A DNA stretch of 63,800 nt, counting the filler. It is 14 parts of 14 records of this genome, joined end to end, with 100 filler letters (N's around TTAATTAATTAA, not from the genome) between each part and the next. Parts side by side here need not be neighbours in the genome. Positions count along the whole stretch, not along the records: positions 1 to 2,584 come from SRR9670534_925; positions 2,685 to 5,263 come from SRR9670534_931; positions 5,364 to 8,451 come from SRR9670534_932; positions 8,552 to 19,592 come from SRR9670534_937; 10 more parts are not named here. One strand, written 5' to 3'. The notes under the pieces are model-generated. The model was not told the DNA's origin and searched no databases. It was given only the letters and a program-made list of their open reading frames with translations. A program made the translations under genes and the position numbers. This document shows, piece after piece, positions 1 to 14,400 of the stretch (position 1 is its first letter; each line of letters opens with the position of its first letter).

Positions 1-1186
1 CCAAGACAAATTGTTCCCATACGCCACTGTTGGTTATTATGTCATCATTCCAAGATTTGACCTTGATTTCTTGTGATATTGCCATTGTGTCAGGAGATCC
101 ATGTGATATAGCATAAGTATGATAGAAATCATTATGATTCGATACCAAAAATTTAACAAAGTTTCTTCCACCATTAACAAAGGCAAATTCGGTTTCTAAG
201 ATGTAGGTATAGAAATTATAACTTCTAGTTTTGTTATTATCAATAATAATGTTATTAGTAATTTGATAATTTTGATAATATATAACATATTCTTATTATT
301 AATAATGCATGCATAATTTCCGAAATTTATAATTTCATAATTTTATAATTTACGTAATTGTCAATTTATGTAAATGTTTTATAATTATACAATTGTTATA
401 ACTTTTAGTAATTAAAATTTAATTTATATAATCCTTATATAATATGTCAATAAGTTTTATAAATAACTTATATTCTTGAATATTAATAATCAATATTATA
501 ATTTATATAATTATTATAAGTGTACATCTATTATCATAATTAATAATAATGTCATCATGTAATTAGTAATAGATATGATAAGTGATAATTACTAATATGA
601 GTAGTAAATAATAATTGATTTATTCAAGAATAACTTGGTTAATTAATTAAATTAATTTACTATGATGTAAACACATGTAAATTATAATTTATATTGGTAT
701 TCCAATTATTATTAATAATAAACTAAAATTACCTCTTGCAGCAAAATTGCCACGATTTCCCATAAGAGATTCAATTTTATGGTAAAAAATGTGTTTGCAT
801 CTGAGGTCACCGTTTAACTTGGTTTGAAGTGTTAATCCTTCAGTCATATTCACTTGAAAGACAATTCCATGAAATTCAATGTTATGTTTAACATTTACTA
901 TCTTGGAAAAGAATAAAACGTGTTCATCATAAAACACCGATGGCGGGAAAATTAAGGAACACTGTTTAGTTTCCATTGATTTTAAAAAAAGGCAAAGTTG
1001 TTTTTTCAACTTTAAATGAGGCATTGATACAAGATCTTCCGATAAAATGCAACTGTTGTGTACTTGGGCCTTCCACTCGGGCTTTCTCATTTTTGTATCA
1101 CTATTTTCTGAAACACAAGTGCTTTTGTTTTCAACTAATTTCAAAGCAATCATATCTTCCGTCATTTGTACTACTTCGGAATACAA
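1..1186 (-). CDS. Spliced gene of unknown function, 3' end runs off the window
   Basis: ORF 689-1186 has a donor at ...GCAAGAG|gtaatt (~732). An acceptor cttag|AAACCGAA (~196) continues the frame without a stop to base 1 (ETEFAFVNGGRNFVKFLVSNHNDFYHTYAISHGSPD...). No family recognised. Confidence 0.45.
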
Positions 1187-1574
1187 AGCTGCAAAGAATT
1201 AAAAAATTAAGTTATAAAGTATTAATAATTAACTATCTATGTTATTTGCTACTAGTAATTAATAATTTATGTTACTTACTATTAATAGAAATAATAATGT
1301 ATATTTACTATATTATAAGTAAATAAGCTTTCGATTTATAATCTAATATCATGTATATAATAATATTATGATTAATCGATCAATTAATTAATAATTAACA
1401 TATCAATAAACATTCTATTTATAATTTAATTATGTAATTATATTTATATCTTTTTAATAATAATAGATATAATATATACTATAGTATTTATTGTTAATAA
1501 AGTTATGTTATCAATAACATACATAGGTAACATATTATATTTTTAAAAAGGTTTCATTTATTGTAAAAGGTCTT

Positions 1575-2294
1575 TTACTCACGTTTTTTTACTGGTTTAT
1601 CATTAACATCACTAATTAAATTTAAATTTATGGCATGAGTCCTCATTTCGCTATAGACAGAAAATTTCTTATCTTCAATGGCATCAAGCCAAGTCTTAAT
1701 TTGTTCTCTTTCAGATCTTGAGTTATTTATTTCCTTTTGTTTATCGTCAATTTTCATAAGCAAATCCTCTATTTCAGTTTCCTTTATTTCTATTCCATCA
1801 TCCAAAGAATTTTGTCTACCTTTCATTGCTGTAATTATCTCTTCTACTGCTTGTCCCTTTGATAAATCAATTGGCTTTGGTACATGTTCATCATGTTCTT
1901 CAAATGCACAAGCAGCACAAGTAACTTCACAGCAATGTTGACAATAGAATTTTTTATCCAAAAAGTGAATAGGGCACTTTTCTTCCTTTTTGAATTTTTC
2001 ATTCTCAGCTATAACAGGAATGATTCCCTCCAAAGTTTCATCTTTAATAAATTTAGCCCTTTGTCTGCAGAAAGGACATTTTGTCAAATCTTGTCCATCG
2101 ACAGGTACACCCAGGTAAAAATAATCATCCATGCTACTGCCAAAAGAGGCTTTCTCCCTATCATTAATTTTCACCAAGCAGGTATCACAAATTCTTTTGC
2201 TGCACTTGGAGCATATCTTTTGATTCTCAAAAAAGAATTTACAAATGTTGCAAGCCAATTGCTCTTCTACATTTTCAGGCAATTTTGCAGCCAT
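1575..2294 (-). CDS. Intronless TRIM/RBCC protein (C4C4-type RING, B-box 2, coiled coil), TRIM37-like N-terminus without MATH domain
   Basis: RING CNIC...CSKCSKRICDTC...CPFCR; B-box CPIH...FYCQHCCEVTCAACAFEEHDEH; heptad-rich C-terminus; ATG at 2294. Confidence 0.75.
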   Translation of the reverse strand: MAAKLPENVEEQLACNICKFFFENQKICSKCSKRICDTCLVKINDREKASFGSSMDDYFYLGVPVDGQDLTKCPFCRQRAKFIKDETLEGIIPVIAENEKFKKEEKCPIHFLDKKFYCQHCCEVTCAACAFEEHDEHVPKPIDLSKGQAVEEIITAMKGRQNSLDDGIEIKETEIEDLLMKIDDKQKEINNSRSEREQIKTWLDAIEDKKFSVYSEMRTHAINLNLISDVNDKPVKKRE

Positions 2295-2584
2295 TTGTGA
2301 TAGTAACAATTGAGAAAAGCTTTGAGAAGCTTCAAGCTTCAAGAAGTTTTTTGACACAAACTATGAATCAAGTGAATTAGCCCTACTGAGTAAACGTTGT
2401 CAACGTGCCATAATGGCAGCCATTCAAATGTGGCCTCTACGGCTTTATTTGTTATATGGGCCTATTTTCAAAATAGTATTTTGTCAGCCAGTGAATCCTG
2501 CAATAGTCACTATTGTAAGCAATTGTTCCTCATATATAGTTATAACACAAAGAGTTGTCACAGGGCCAAAGTTTGGTTGATTGG

Positions 2585-2684
2585 NNNNNNNNNNNNNNNN
2601 NNNNNNNNNNNNNNNNNNNNNNNNNNNNTTAATTAATTAANNNNNNNNNNNNNNNNNNNNNNNNNNNNNNNNNNNNNNNNNNNN
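2585..2684. other. Artificial contig-joining spacer, first of 13
   Basis: Identical 44N-TTAATTAATTAA-44N linkers (stops in all six frames) also at 5264-5363, 8452-8551, 19593-19692, 24377-24476, 27050-27149, 30285-30384, 37260-37359, 47661-47760, 50494-50593, 54794-54893, 58256-58355 and 61590-61689. Confidence 0.98.
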
Positions 2685-2825
2685 TGTCGCCTTTTATGGG
2701 GAATTATTAACAACAACAAAATTTATCCATAAATAACAAATAACATATTGTACACCACAAATAGTTACTCTTTTATTATTAAAAACAAAAAGCCAAAAAT
2801 CATCATCCTAAATTAAATTTCGAAC

Positions 2826-5004
2826 TTATTTGTTACTAACAGAGCCTAATTTAACAACTTTAGGTTTATCTTTGATTGATCCCTTTCTGTACTTTGTCTT
2901 TTTTGATTTTTTACCAGAGCCGCTCACATAAACTGGTGTTACTCCCAGCTTTCGTTTTGCCTTTGCGTTTTCCTGCCTGTTTTTCAAGTCTAAAACTTTG
3001 TAAATTCTAACAATCCAATGCTCAGTGGTGTATGCTTCTTCTAAATGTTCAAAACTTATGTCCTTCCTACCGATTTCTGCTGATCTCGTCTTATCATATC
3101 CACCAGGTAACCTAAGCATATAGACTAAATTTATGCAAAATTAAATGCTCATTCAAATTAAATTATTCAAGCTAAAAATCTTACCTATAATCAGTTTGAA
3201 CTTCTCCGAATCGATAATAGCTCATTTTATACATCAAACAGTTTAGCATTGTTTGTGACGCAGATCCGTCAATTCTGTATTCACCCTGAGGAGTGAAATA
3301 ATCAGCTTCATGAATGTCCTTAGGATGTTCACCTTCTGCAATTCTGACCATCCATAGAAACTTATTAATGTCATCCCCAGAGTAACCAATAAGTCCCCCG
3401 AATATCACCAAAACATAATCCACGTCAAGATCTCTCATGATTACGTAAGCTTTGTCCTCTGAACTGCTCATAGCTTTACCCACAAGGGCAATATGAGAAT
3501 TGTTCCATGTGTTGTTATCGACAAGGGTTGTTTTATTACCCATGCCCGTAATTTGATAGCCATAATCCCACCAAGACATTACTCGGACATGGTCATCCGT
3601 ATTTTTTCGCAACCAATAATAACCTTCTCGAAAATCATCTATGATGTATCTAAAATTTAAATGCTTTGAATTTTAATAATCTAAAAAATAAGTTAAGTTT
3701 GAACTCACCTTGAACCATCTTGAAGATAATTGGCTAATACAATTGATGGGCTGGAATAAGCATTAGAAGTTACCCATGTACAATGGACAGTATAGAAACA
3801 CAAAAATACTGCAATTAGGACGAGAGTCAAACTCTTTGCATTAAAACCGTATGCATTATCGTCTGCTCCACTACCTGCTTCATCTTTCCCTTGTTTATCA
3901 CCATTATCTTTAGATAATTTTGGTGGTTTATCATATTTTCTCTTTTCCTTGTTATCCTTCTTGCTGCTCTTTTCGCTTCTATCTGTTGTGAGGTCGATGT
4001 TGTCTTCCATAACTCCGCTAACAATAGTTGACACAACAATGCCTACGAAATAGATACTTACAATAATAACATAATGTGCTATGACTCATCGTCAAACTTA
4101 CCGGCTAAAACGCAGACGACTGGTGTAAGCGTTAACATAAGTCTAACCATAACTCCAGCAAAATACGCGGCGCTCAATGCGAACAAAATGATAAAAACAC
4201 GCGCGTCAGTCAATTTCTTAACGCATAACCATATTCCAGCTGGGAAAAAACATACCAAAACATGAAGATCGAAGAAGAAACTTGTCCAGGCTGTTGGCTG
4301 ATGTTCAGAAACGCTGGCAATAATTGGAATATGAATTTTCGCATAATTTGTATCCCATAAAGAATAAAATCTTCCTGACCAGGGTGCGACGAATCCAGCA
4401 TATGTTAGGATAACTACGCATAAGAATACAAAACCCGCAAAGCCAATGCCTCCAAAAAAGAGCAAATCTCGAAACGCTTTTTTCGAAAGTTTAAAGGAAT
4501 CTTGAAGATATTTTAATAGAGCATAAGCATTGAGCAAGGCAAAAACGCCTGCTGCAGCCATATGTTCACTTGTTCTTATAGGTTGAAAGCCAACAAATGG
4601 CACTTGCATGGCCAAAAGTTGCCCAACAACATAAAATGTAGAATAGGCAACGTAAACTCTATGAGAGTACCTTCCAAGAAGCATCAAAACAAAAACATGC
4701 AATGGAATTAGATTTATGATAAAGACGTAACCACCCCATGCAGCCACCATGTAAAAATAACTCAAACTGGTCAGGATTGCCCAGCCGATTTGTCCAGTTT
4801 TAATTGATCTAAGCCAAAGGAAATATGTAAATTGTAGAGCAAAAATAGCGATTCCTTCATTGTCATATGATCCTGCTACAGAGCGAGATATGTATCCTGG
4901 TGCAACCGCAATAAAACAAGCAGCAAAAAGTCCAGCTCCAGATGACCATAGTTCTTTTGTAAGAAGATAGGTTGCAATTGCAGTTAAACCAGAAAAAAAG
5001 GGTG
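2826..5004 (-). CDS. STT3B: Oligosaccharyltransferase catalytic subunit STT3 (STT3B-like), 5'-partial, multi-exon
   Basis: Motifs [64 protein letters not shown] and [16 protein letters not shown]; ~55-65 nt GT-AG introns. Confidence 0.93.
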
Positions 5005-5578
5005 CTAAAAATTTGTTCTATTCTATAATGCGAATATGCACACGTGCAAAAATAAACATCTTTATGATAAGTACTTGGCCCTAAACAGTTGTGTATGTAT
5101 ACATATAGGTACAAATAATATTATAGTATAATAGGTAATTATACAGTACAATTTTGCATCTAAACCTATAATATGTACAAATATTATACATACAATACAA
5201 TGTTGGCATGTAGGCACACCTACGTATTATACAATACCAGGGCCGGATCTGATGGCCATTTTTNNNNNNNNNNNNNNNNNNNNNNNNNNNNNNNNNNNNN
5301 NNNNNNNTTAATTAATTAANNNNNNNNNNNNNNNNNNNNNNNNNNNNNNNNNNNNNNNNNNNNAATTTAAAATTTAAATTTTAAATATTTTAAACATTTT
5401 CAAAGGTAAGTAGTTAAAAATTCAAATTTGAAATTTTAATTAAAATTTTATTTTAAAATTTAAATTAAAATGTTAATTTGTAATTTAAATTAAAATTTGA
5501 AATTTAAATTTGAACTGCCAGAGATTTTCCAAGGTTTAGGATTATTTGAAAAATTTAAATTATCTTTTTGAATTTAAG

Positions 5579-6579
5579 CTCATTGAAAGACATGAAGCAA
5601 GACTCCACAGTCATGCATTGAATGGTTCAGCACAATTAACTTCAATTATGGAAGAATATGCAAAAAAGGTTGCTTTAAGAGATCAAGTAACAGCCATTAA
5701 AACTGAACTAAAAAAGACAAAATCTCTACTTCAACTTGATGAATTGAAGTGTAAAAAAAGGGTTTTAAGAAGATTGGGCTATTGTACAGCCCAGGATGTT
5801 ATTGAACTCAAAGGTAGAGTGGCTTGTGAAATTTCAAGGTAAACTTTTTTAAAAACTTTTTCAAAATGTTTTTTAAAATTTTTCAAATTTTAGTGGAGAT
5901 GAACTGATATTGACAGAATTGCTATTTCATGGCGTTTTTAATGACTTGGATGTTCCTCATATATGTGCCTTGTTAAGTTGTTTTGTTTTTGATGAAAAAG
6001 CAACAGAAATAGCAAAGTTGACAGAGGAGTTATCAAATGCTTTAAGACTGTTGCAAAAGACGGCCAGAAAAATTGCCCAAGTCTCTGTTGAATGTAAGGT
6101 TGATTTGGATGAGGATACTTATGTGGATAAATTTAAGCCTCAACTTATGGATGTTGTTTATGCTTGGGCTAATGGAGCTACTTTTACAAAAATTTGTGAA
6201 ATGACTAATGTTTATGAAGGTATACTTATGAAACTATATTATAGTAGTTATTAATATTTAATGTGATATAGTTATTAGTTTTAATATGTTAATATGGTTT
6301 TAATATAGTTAATATAGTTTTAATATAGTTTTAATGTAGTTTATATAGTTTTGATATAATTTTAATATAGCTATATTTAATATAGTTATTAGTTTTAACA
6401 TACAACTTCTTTGGATTTCAGGAAGTATAATTAGATCAATGAGAAGACTTGAAGAGTTAATGAGAGAACTATGTTTAGCAGCTAAAACAATGGGAAATTC
6501 AGAACTTGAAGCAAAGTTTTCTGATGGTATAAGTAGGATTAAAAGGGATATTGTATTTGCTGCAAGCTTGTACTTATGA
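5579..6579 (+). CDS. MTREX: Exosome RNA helicase MTR4 (SKIV2L2), C-terminal exons (DSHCT domain)
   Basis: Exons 5579-5838, 5894-6219 and 6422-6579 give ELKCKKRVLRRLGY...KGRVACEIS...GSIIRSMRRLEEL...IKRDIVFAASLYL*. Confidence 0.92.
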
Positions 6580-7646
6580 TGGTTAAACTAACTGTTGTAA
6601 GAGTTTGAATTTGCACTTCTACTATTCAAACGTCTGGTATATTAATAAGTTATAGTTATTAAGTTATTATATATTAACTTTTCATGTCGCATGGTGATGC
6701 GTTTTACGTGTTATCATTATTATTATTAATAGTATACTATAATGATATTAATATTAATAATAATAAATGTTGTTCATTATGATGCAATATAAGTCATATA
6801 ACATTGTTATACTATATGGATGTAGTTATAAGTAACTGTGCTGAATTACAGCACGTTCTCCTGAATGACTCATCAATGAGTTATCATTATGCTCATACTT
6901 CTCTGCCGAGCTTGGATCACCATTATTTCCGTAACAGTAGAATGGGTAGTTATTTTTCCATTATTAATAATGTTGGCAATTGTTACTTTTTGCAAGAAGA
7001 TATCATACAAAGAACTTGCTAATAATGGTTATGAGTCACCAATTTTGATAATAACCTCAAAGAAGACACAAAACCAAAGCCTTTTACCTACTCACAAAAC
7101 CATTATTAATAATAGTAAAGAAATTTTTTGAAGGCACTTAAGTTACAGTTGAAAAGTTATATAATTTCAATTTTGAAATTTAGAATTAGAAATCTTAAAC
7201 TGAGTTTTTTTGACCTGGCTATGGTAAAATATTTTGACTGTTCATTTTTTGGGTGTGGCTATTTTATAGGTTAGGTTAAGCAGGTATTAGCAATCAAAGC
7301 TATTATTAATGCCCATTGTAATGATGAGCTGTCAATCATCATTAGGATTTTGTCAGTAGATTTCTGAAATACGTCCAAGTTACTTCCAAGATACCTGGCG
7401 TTTATCTATTGTCCTCAGTAGAGCTTACCTACGAATTTCTCGCAAGGTGATTATGCAGTAATTATGCCCACTTAGTTCTCGATCGATATAATATTATAGT
7501 GCTTTTTTTTATAATACTGTTTATTTTTCCTTTGAGGGAGGATTAGGTAGGTATCCTATAGAAATTCGTGATTTTGTTTTTCCTTGTATGAAGCCCCCTT
7601 CTACTAGGTGTTTATTTTTGATTCAATAACAATTTCTACCTTGAAT

Positions 7647-8434
7647 ATGACGATACAGGAATGGTTTCTGCTTATTTTATTACAGGTATCCTTCTTTGGT
7701 GATGTAAAAGGTAACTATTACGTCATTTGCTATGCGATGTCATGTCATATTCATATCTTTATGATGATATCCTATAGGTCAGCTTCCACATGGCCCTTCC
7801 CATGGGGATTCAGAGTTACCCAGTTGTACCTTTTGCGTTTCCGATGCAATAAATCTCACCAATCCATTGGGAGTCAAGGATGGCAATGACATTGAGCAAC
7901 TTTATGTTACGGCAAACGGATACATTGCTCTGTACCACTCATTCAACATATATTTCCCCAAATTTGATGAAATTTCTTGCCATAGTTTTGTGGCATTCTT
8001 TTGGACATATCTAAGCCATGGATATGGTATTAGTGCCATATATTTCAGAGAAATTTTGCCTTCAGAGTCTTCAATTTTTACTACTTACAATATAAGTCAA
8101 AGCATTTCAAATGGGTATGGAATTACGTTTAATGCTACACATGGATTCGTTGTAACCTATGTTCATGTGTCACATTATGGTATTGAAGAAACCATGAATT
8201 CTATGCAATGCATTTTGGCTTCTGATGGTGTTGATACTTATGTTTATTTAATGTATGGTACAATTTATGGAGTTGATGGAAGAGCTTCCTACGTTGGGTA
8301 TAACCTAAATGGAGATAAATTTAATAATCTGTTTTTCGGCACTGATTACTTATATTATGACGATACGTTGCGATTGGTACAAGAATCTAATTTCGGCAAT
8401 AATGGGCATTGGTTAATGAAGTTAAGTTCAACAG
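7647..8434 (+). CDS. Secreted or extracellular NIDO-domain protein, 3'-partial
   Basis: Signal-peptide exon MTIQEWFLLILLQVSFFGDVK, an intron, then LPHGPSHGDSELP...LYVTANGYI...FVAFFW...FNATHGFVVTY...NSMQCILASDGVDTYVYLMY, a NIDO pattern. Confidence 0.78.
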
Positions 8435-9560
8435 GTAATTTTGTTACATTANNNNNNNNNNNNNNNNNNNNNNNNNNNNNNNNNNNNNNNNNNNNTTAAT
8501 TAATTAANNNNNNNNNNNNNNNNNNNNNNNNNNNNNNNNNNNNNNNNNNNNTTGTATAGTATATTATATATTATAGGTATACACTATATATACTATATAC
8601 ACTTTGTTGCGTAATACGTTAGACTGTAGCTCTTACAGTGTAAGATATCATTATTTCTTGTTTGATTTAGCTAATAACGGTCCCAACGATTATAGTTTCT
8701 TCGTATATGACTAACAGCATGAAAACTGTGGTTCTCGGGTCATTTGTTGTAGCTGCTGCATCTTATCAAACATTTGGTATTTTACTTTGGATAATCGTCC
8801 ATTACAAAATTATCATGCCAACTGTTTACACATTCTACGCGGTAAGGAATCAATGATAATTGGCTGTAAACAGTTCAATTTTAATAATGTACCAGTTCTG
8901 ATTGGTGTATATGTATATTGTATAAATCTTATTGCTAACAATAACCACCAATATATTCAGCAAGGAATATATCGATAAACTTATTTGTTTGTTCCTAAGT
9001 TGACAACGACTTTTCTCATAGGAATTGCTATTCCACGCGTCACTGGTATTTGCACATACTACTTTAACAATATGGTCCAGCGGGGTTTGGATTAAATTTT
9101 ACAACGAAGCTAAAAGTGAAGCTTTCCTCGCAGCTGCTGTACGCATTATTCATCATTATTATCATTACTGATATGAGACACTATCATGCGTTCTATAGAA
9201 TGTGCCACCAATTACTAATTAGTAACTAGATACTAATTACTAGCAATACGTAATTATATCATTATTATTATTATTAATGACTAACACAGTGTGAATTAAT
9301 CCGTGAAATATGTAGGTCTTTGAGTTTATAAACATTTGGCTTTCTATATTTGGCTATCTGCTTTGGGTTTATTACAAAAGAACTCCAGAAATTCACAAAA
9401 TTAACATGTAGGAATTTAAATTTATTAAAATGTACTTTTTTTTATAATTTTATAAATGTTTTATAATTTATTAAACAGTAGTTTTACAATTTATTATAAT
9501 TAAAGACTATATATTGATTAATTTCATAGGTACTATTTCAATAAAAATTATTATCAAGGC

Positions 9561-10804
9561 ATGACCACAGTGAAAAGGCAGAGAATCTGGAATAACATGT
9601 ATGTAAGAAAGTTCTTCTTCAAAATGAAGTCCATTGCAAACAAATCAAGAAACGCAAAGATTGAGAAGCAAACAAAAAATACGTACGCGAAAAAGCTTCA
9701 CTTAGGCGCGTTTTTAGAATCGTCCATGTTGGTAAATGAATTCATCATATTATACACAATACAGTTTGTATTGTAATACAATAATTGTATAGTATAGTAT
9801 ATAGTGTGCATATATTGTATGCATGAAATATACAGAATACTCTACACTATATAGTACTACTACAAATTCGTACTTTATCTACGTGGTGCATAACATCATC
9901 TTTGTCCATATACAAGCTACTGTGGCTTAAATAATGCACATATACTGTACAGTACAATGTACTTAGTACATTATTTACATATGTACATACATGTACGTAC
10001 GTTACGTACGGCGTAGTACGTACGATGTTTTAGTACTACGTACGATGTACCAAGAATTGATTCCATTAGGCCAAACGCATGTTTTACCTGAAATTACATA
10101 AGTAATGGTAAATTAAAAATAAATTATACAATAATTTAGCTTTTATCCATCCTGGCATTTGTGGTTGGTTTGTTAAAATTAGATAATCCAGTTTGGATAT
10201 GGTCAACTGTAATAAATGGTGCATCTGCTACTTTACTAGTCTTAATGGCATCTACTTCCATTATAACAGCTTGCAATTATCGTTCAAAATTATCCCAGAT
10301 AATGTCATTACTAGTGTTCAATAATCTTTACGTAAGTTCCTTATTGGAGTAAATACAACAACAACAGGGTATTTTAAGCTTGATAACGAATCGTTATTAA
10401 CAACAATTAGGAAGAATAATAAAATTAACAATCTTCTTATTTATCATTATTTATAGCAAACATCTGTCAAAATATACATTTACATCTCTCAAATCCTACT
10501 TGGTGCAGTGGTAATTGGCTATGAAACAAATCTTTGGTTTTGTTTCGTGCGTATTTTTATTAATAATAATAATGATAATTTTAATAAGGAATTCTACTAA
10601 TAATATTGTACATAAAATTACATACATACCATGTTTTCTTTTCAGTTTCCTGCCATGAAGGTTTTCATGCTATTATCCTTATTTATAATACAGCAATCAT
10701 ATGGACGACTGGACAATCTTTCAAATTTATCTCATCTGTTACTTTTTTCAATATATTGGCGGCTTTTTTGCCGAAAAAATGAACCAAGCTTTGCGATTTG
10801 GTAG
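9561..10804 (+). CDS. Small multi-pass membrane protein of unknown family, about 4 exons, last exon frame ambiguous
   Basis: Basic N-terminal exon 9561-9731, then hydrophobic exons 10140-10330 and ~10457-10550 with in-phase GT-AG sites. Confidence 0.45.
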
Positions 10805-11421
10805 CGCTATGGAAAACTCCACCTACGTGTTATTAACTCGCAATTATACCATCATTGATACAAGATTGTATTCCAAAAACCAAATGATTATTATTATTAT
10901 TATTAATCACAGAGCAATAAATAACAATAACAAAAACATATATCATATCTACAAAGCACAATGAATACAAATGGCTTGATAACAATGGTATTTCGAACAA
11001 CTTCAAGTTACTTGGCAATTAAGCAAGAATTCAAAAAAAGTAATGACTATTTTACATATGTGAGCATATGCTAATTATTACTTTAATTATTTTAAAACTA
11101 CACTGCATTAAAAAAAATAAATACATACATGTAGATAGCAAATAGTACACCTATGATAGTGAACTACAATAGTTTAGAAAAACAGAATATCTTGGAAAAG
11201 GAGATCTAAAATTAATGAGGCCGTAAGTTCATATACTGAACAAACTATATCAAAATATGGACGGAAAAAGAAAACTATACTTGAAGAAAGTGAGATCAAA
11301 ATTCTTTACAAAGAATGCTATGTATAGAATCTATACTATAGATATATACTATAGAATCTATACTATAGATATATAAAACATGAATAAGATCATCAGTGGT
11401 TTCGAGGCGAAACTCTCGTCC

Positions 11422-14400
11422 TCAGATCATTGTTTCACGAACTGTTTGAGCATCCTAGGCAAAAATTTAATAAATTAACTTTGATTTTGTATGATATCCT
11501 TAACATACCTTTAACTGTTGCAAGAATTCCGCAAATATATTGAACAGCTCATCAAAATACATTTCCTCTGAATTTTCACCAAAAAATTCCATAACATCAT
11601 TAGTTTCATTGAAAACTTCTGCTTTTAGTGACAGTAGTTTTTGTATTTCATCAAACGCTTTAGCAACAAAATGCTAAAAATGTATACATTATATACGTTG
11701 GCTAGAAGTAGCAGTAGCATGGTAGTACCCCTATAACATCTTGAAATTTATCATCAGGTGTAAATTTTTGCATTCGACCAACCTTCCTGACAGTATTGTC
11801 AACATTATCCAAAACTTCTCGAAGTTCATTGATTTGCTCCAAAATGGTATCTTGACCCACTATAAAGTATATTTGTAGAATAGTATTCGAATACTTAATA
11901 ATAAATGAAGGAGAAGGTATTCCCACCTTTTGCAGCCATTTTTACACATGTAAGTTCCTCAAAAACGCGTTTCAAGTAAGGCATTTGCTCATCAATTGTT
12001 TTGGCGAGAATATCCATAAAATTAGCTTTACCACTGCTTGTTTTCGTAGTGGCCAGAATGCGAAGCGATTCTATCTTGAAAGCTTTCGCGTCACCAATTC
12101 GTTCGCTTCCTGCGTTCAAATAGTTGCCTATGTTCAAAATAATCTAAAAGAAAACAATGGTAGATAAAATCTAATTTGAAATGCATCAGGTTCACCTCAA
12201 TTATCTTTGGTAAATATTGGCTATGCTTAAGTTCTTTAGCTGCAGTAGAGACAATACGCAAATTCTGATCTACTTGCTCTAATTTTTCATAAAATTCGTT
12301 CTTAAAAAGCATAGCTTGAAGCCTCTCCTTGTAATAAGGTATGGTAAATAGCTCCAAAAAGAATTTATCAACATCATTTAGTTTTGACAAAGAACCTTGA
12401 TATTCGAGAAACTTTTCCGTCTAAAATGTTGTCTGGTTAAGTTAATTAATAATAAGTTTAATACTCTTTACTCAAGATGTTGCAATTAACATTGAAATAA
12501 TTAAATTAATTTAGCCAAGTAACAGTATCTAAAATAGACAAATATTTACCTCATTTTCATCTGGTGAATATGCAATTAATTGCCTTAGCAATTCTCTGTG
12601 TACAACTGATTCATCCACATGAATTACAGCTTGTGTTAACTGAGACACTGATAATTTAGTGCAGCTCAAGACAATGGCTAAACAAATTAAAATATAAGTA
12701 CCAAATATGCAAAAATGGTTTGTTACAAATCTTACAAAGATTGTGCGCTTTTTTATGCGTAAGAATGCCAGGCCGTCTTCGAGGAGACCTTGGAGATTTT
12801 GGTGATGGTTCCTTGGCACTGAATTCCTTTTCCAATTCAAGATATTTTAAAATGTCTCCAAGTTCATCATTTTGAGGTTTTACCCTAGCCCACACAGTTT
12901 CTTTTTGAAAAAATGGATCTATTTTGAGCCAATTAAAACGTCTAACATTTGGTCTGGTATATCCTTCCTCCTTCTTCCTTTCAGAGAAAGAATTAAAATC
13001 TTCAATTGGTGGGGCAGGAGGAGGAGGTGGAATCGTTTCATCATTCTTTCTTCTATTAGGAGAACTTCTAGGACTTTTCTGCCTTTCATAACTGCTTCTA
13101 CCAATTAGGGAAGATGCACTGTTAGTGCTATTTATGTATTCACCAATTGCGTTATGAAAAGAGTCACTAGGTAATCTTTTGTTATACGGGGTTAATGTAG
13201 AAGAACTTCTAATTGTAGAATTCCTCGAGGAAGAAACTGTCGTTGTTGAATATATAGTGTTAGTTTCAAAATCATTTTGGGAAGTTGATACAATTCTAAT
13301 AGCACCATCATCTCCAATTTCATCTGTTATGATGGTAGGCCTAGTACCTTCGTCTAAGAACACGTCTTGAAGCAAGGGTGAATTAGTTTTTTTAAGATGA
13401 ACTCCAAATGGAGATATTTCACTAGAATTGGATGGAGGTGGTTCCTCAGCAATGGAAGAATCCTTTGGCGAAAAACTTTTTGACATGTCTTTAGCTTCTC
13501 TTGGAGCTGGACTTCTTTTCTTTTTAGGAACCCTCAAGGATTCTCCAGTTTGTACACCAAGTTCAACGGGTTCTTTACATCTAAGAGAGGTTTGGCTTCC
13601 TTCATTAATTTTTGGCGAAGGATATTTATGTTCTGCTTCAGGAGAAGTCTTCTTACGATCAGCTTTGCTGCTAATCGCATAATTTGCCTCAACTTTCACT
13701 TTTGTAACATGCGAACCACTTTCACTGCCGAAAATGTCTTCAAAAGCAGAATCTCTATCTAATGGTTTGTCCTCATCATTAGATATTGGTCTTCGATCGT
13801 TGAGTAAGCCATGCTGAACTTTAGAACTAGCTGGAAAAGAGTTGTGACCAACGATCTCATTACTGTTACCATTCTCTTCATAATTCAAAACTCTTCCAGG
13901 CATCCCTTCCCTTTCAGTGTAGTAAAAGACATTTCTAGTATCTCGGTTCACATTGTTGCTAACACCTCCAATTGTTGGATGTTGGTGACTATTGTAAAAA
14001 TGAGCCAAGTTTTTCTTTTCCTGCAACAGACTAACAGACGGTGCTGGTCTCTCGTGCATTACACTTGCACTGGCAGTTGATTTTTCACTTGATCCACCAA
14101 CTTTCAAAACTGCTCTCCCTCGATGACGTGTTTGTCTTGATGGTGGCGTTACAAAGGTACTGTCACCATAATATTTAGACCTCTGGGGTGGAGAATCGTT
14201 TAAGTCAGAAACTGGGACCTGAGGTGGATAATAATGTTGTTGGTATTCATTTCCAACCCTAGGCGGTGATCTTGCAGGTGAAGAAGATATTTCAAAGTTT
14301 GACGGTGATACAACGTAATTTTCATCACGAGTTGGCTGTGCTGGCCGATGGTATACAGGACCAACTCCAGTCCTTACAGGAAAGTTACTGGGATGATAAG

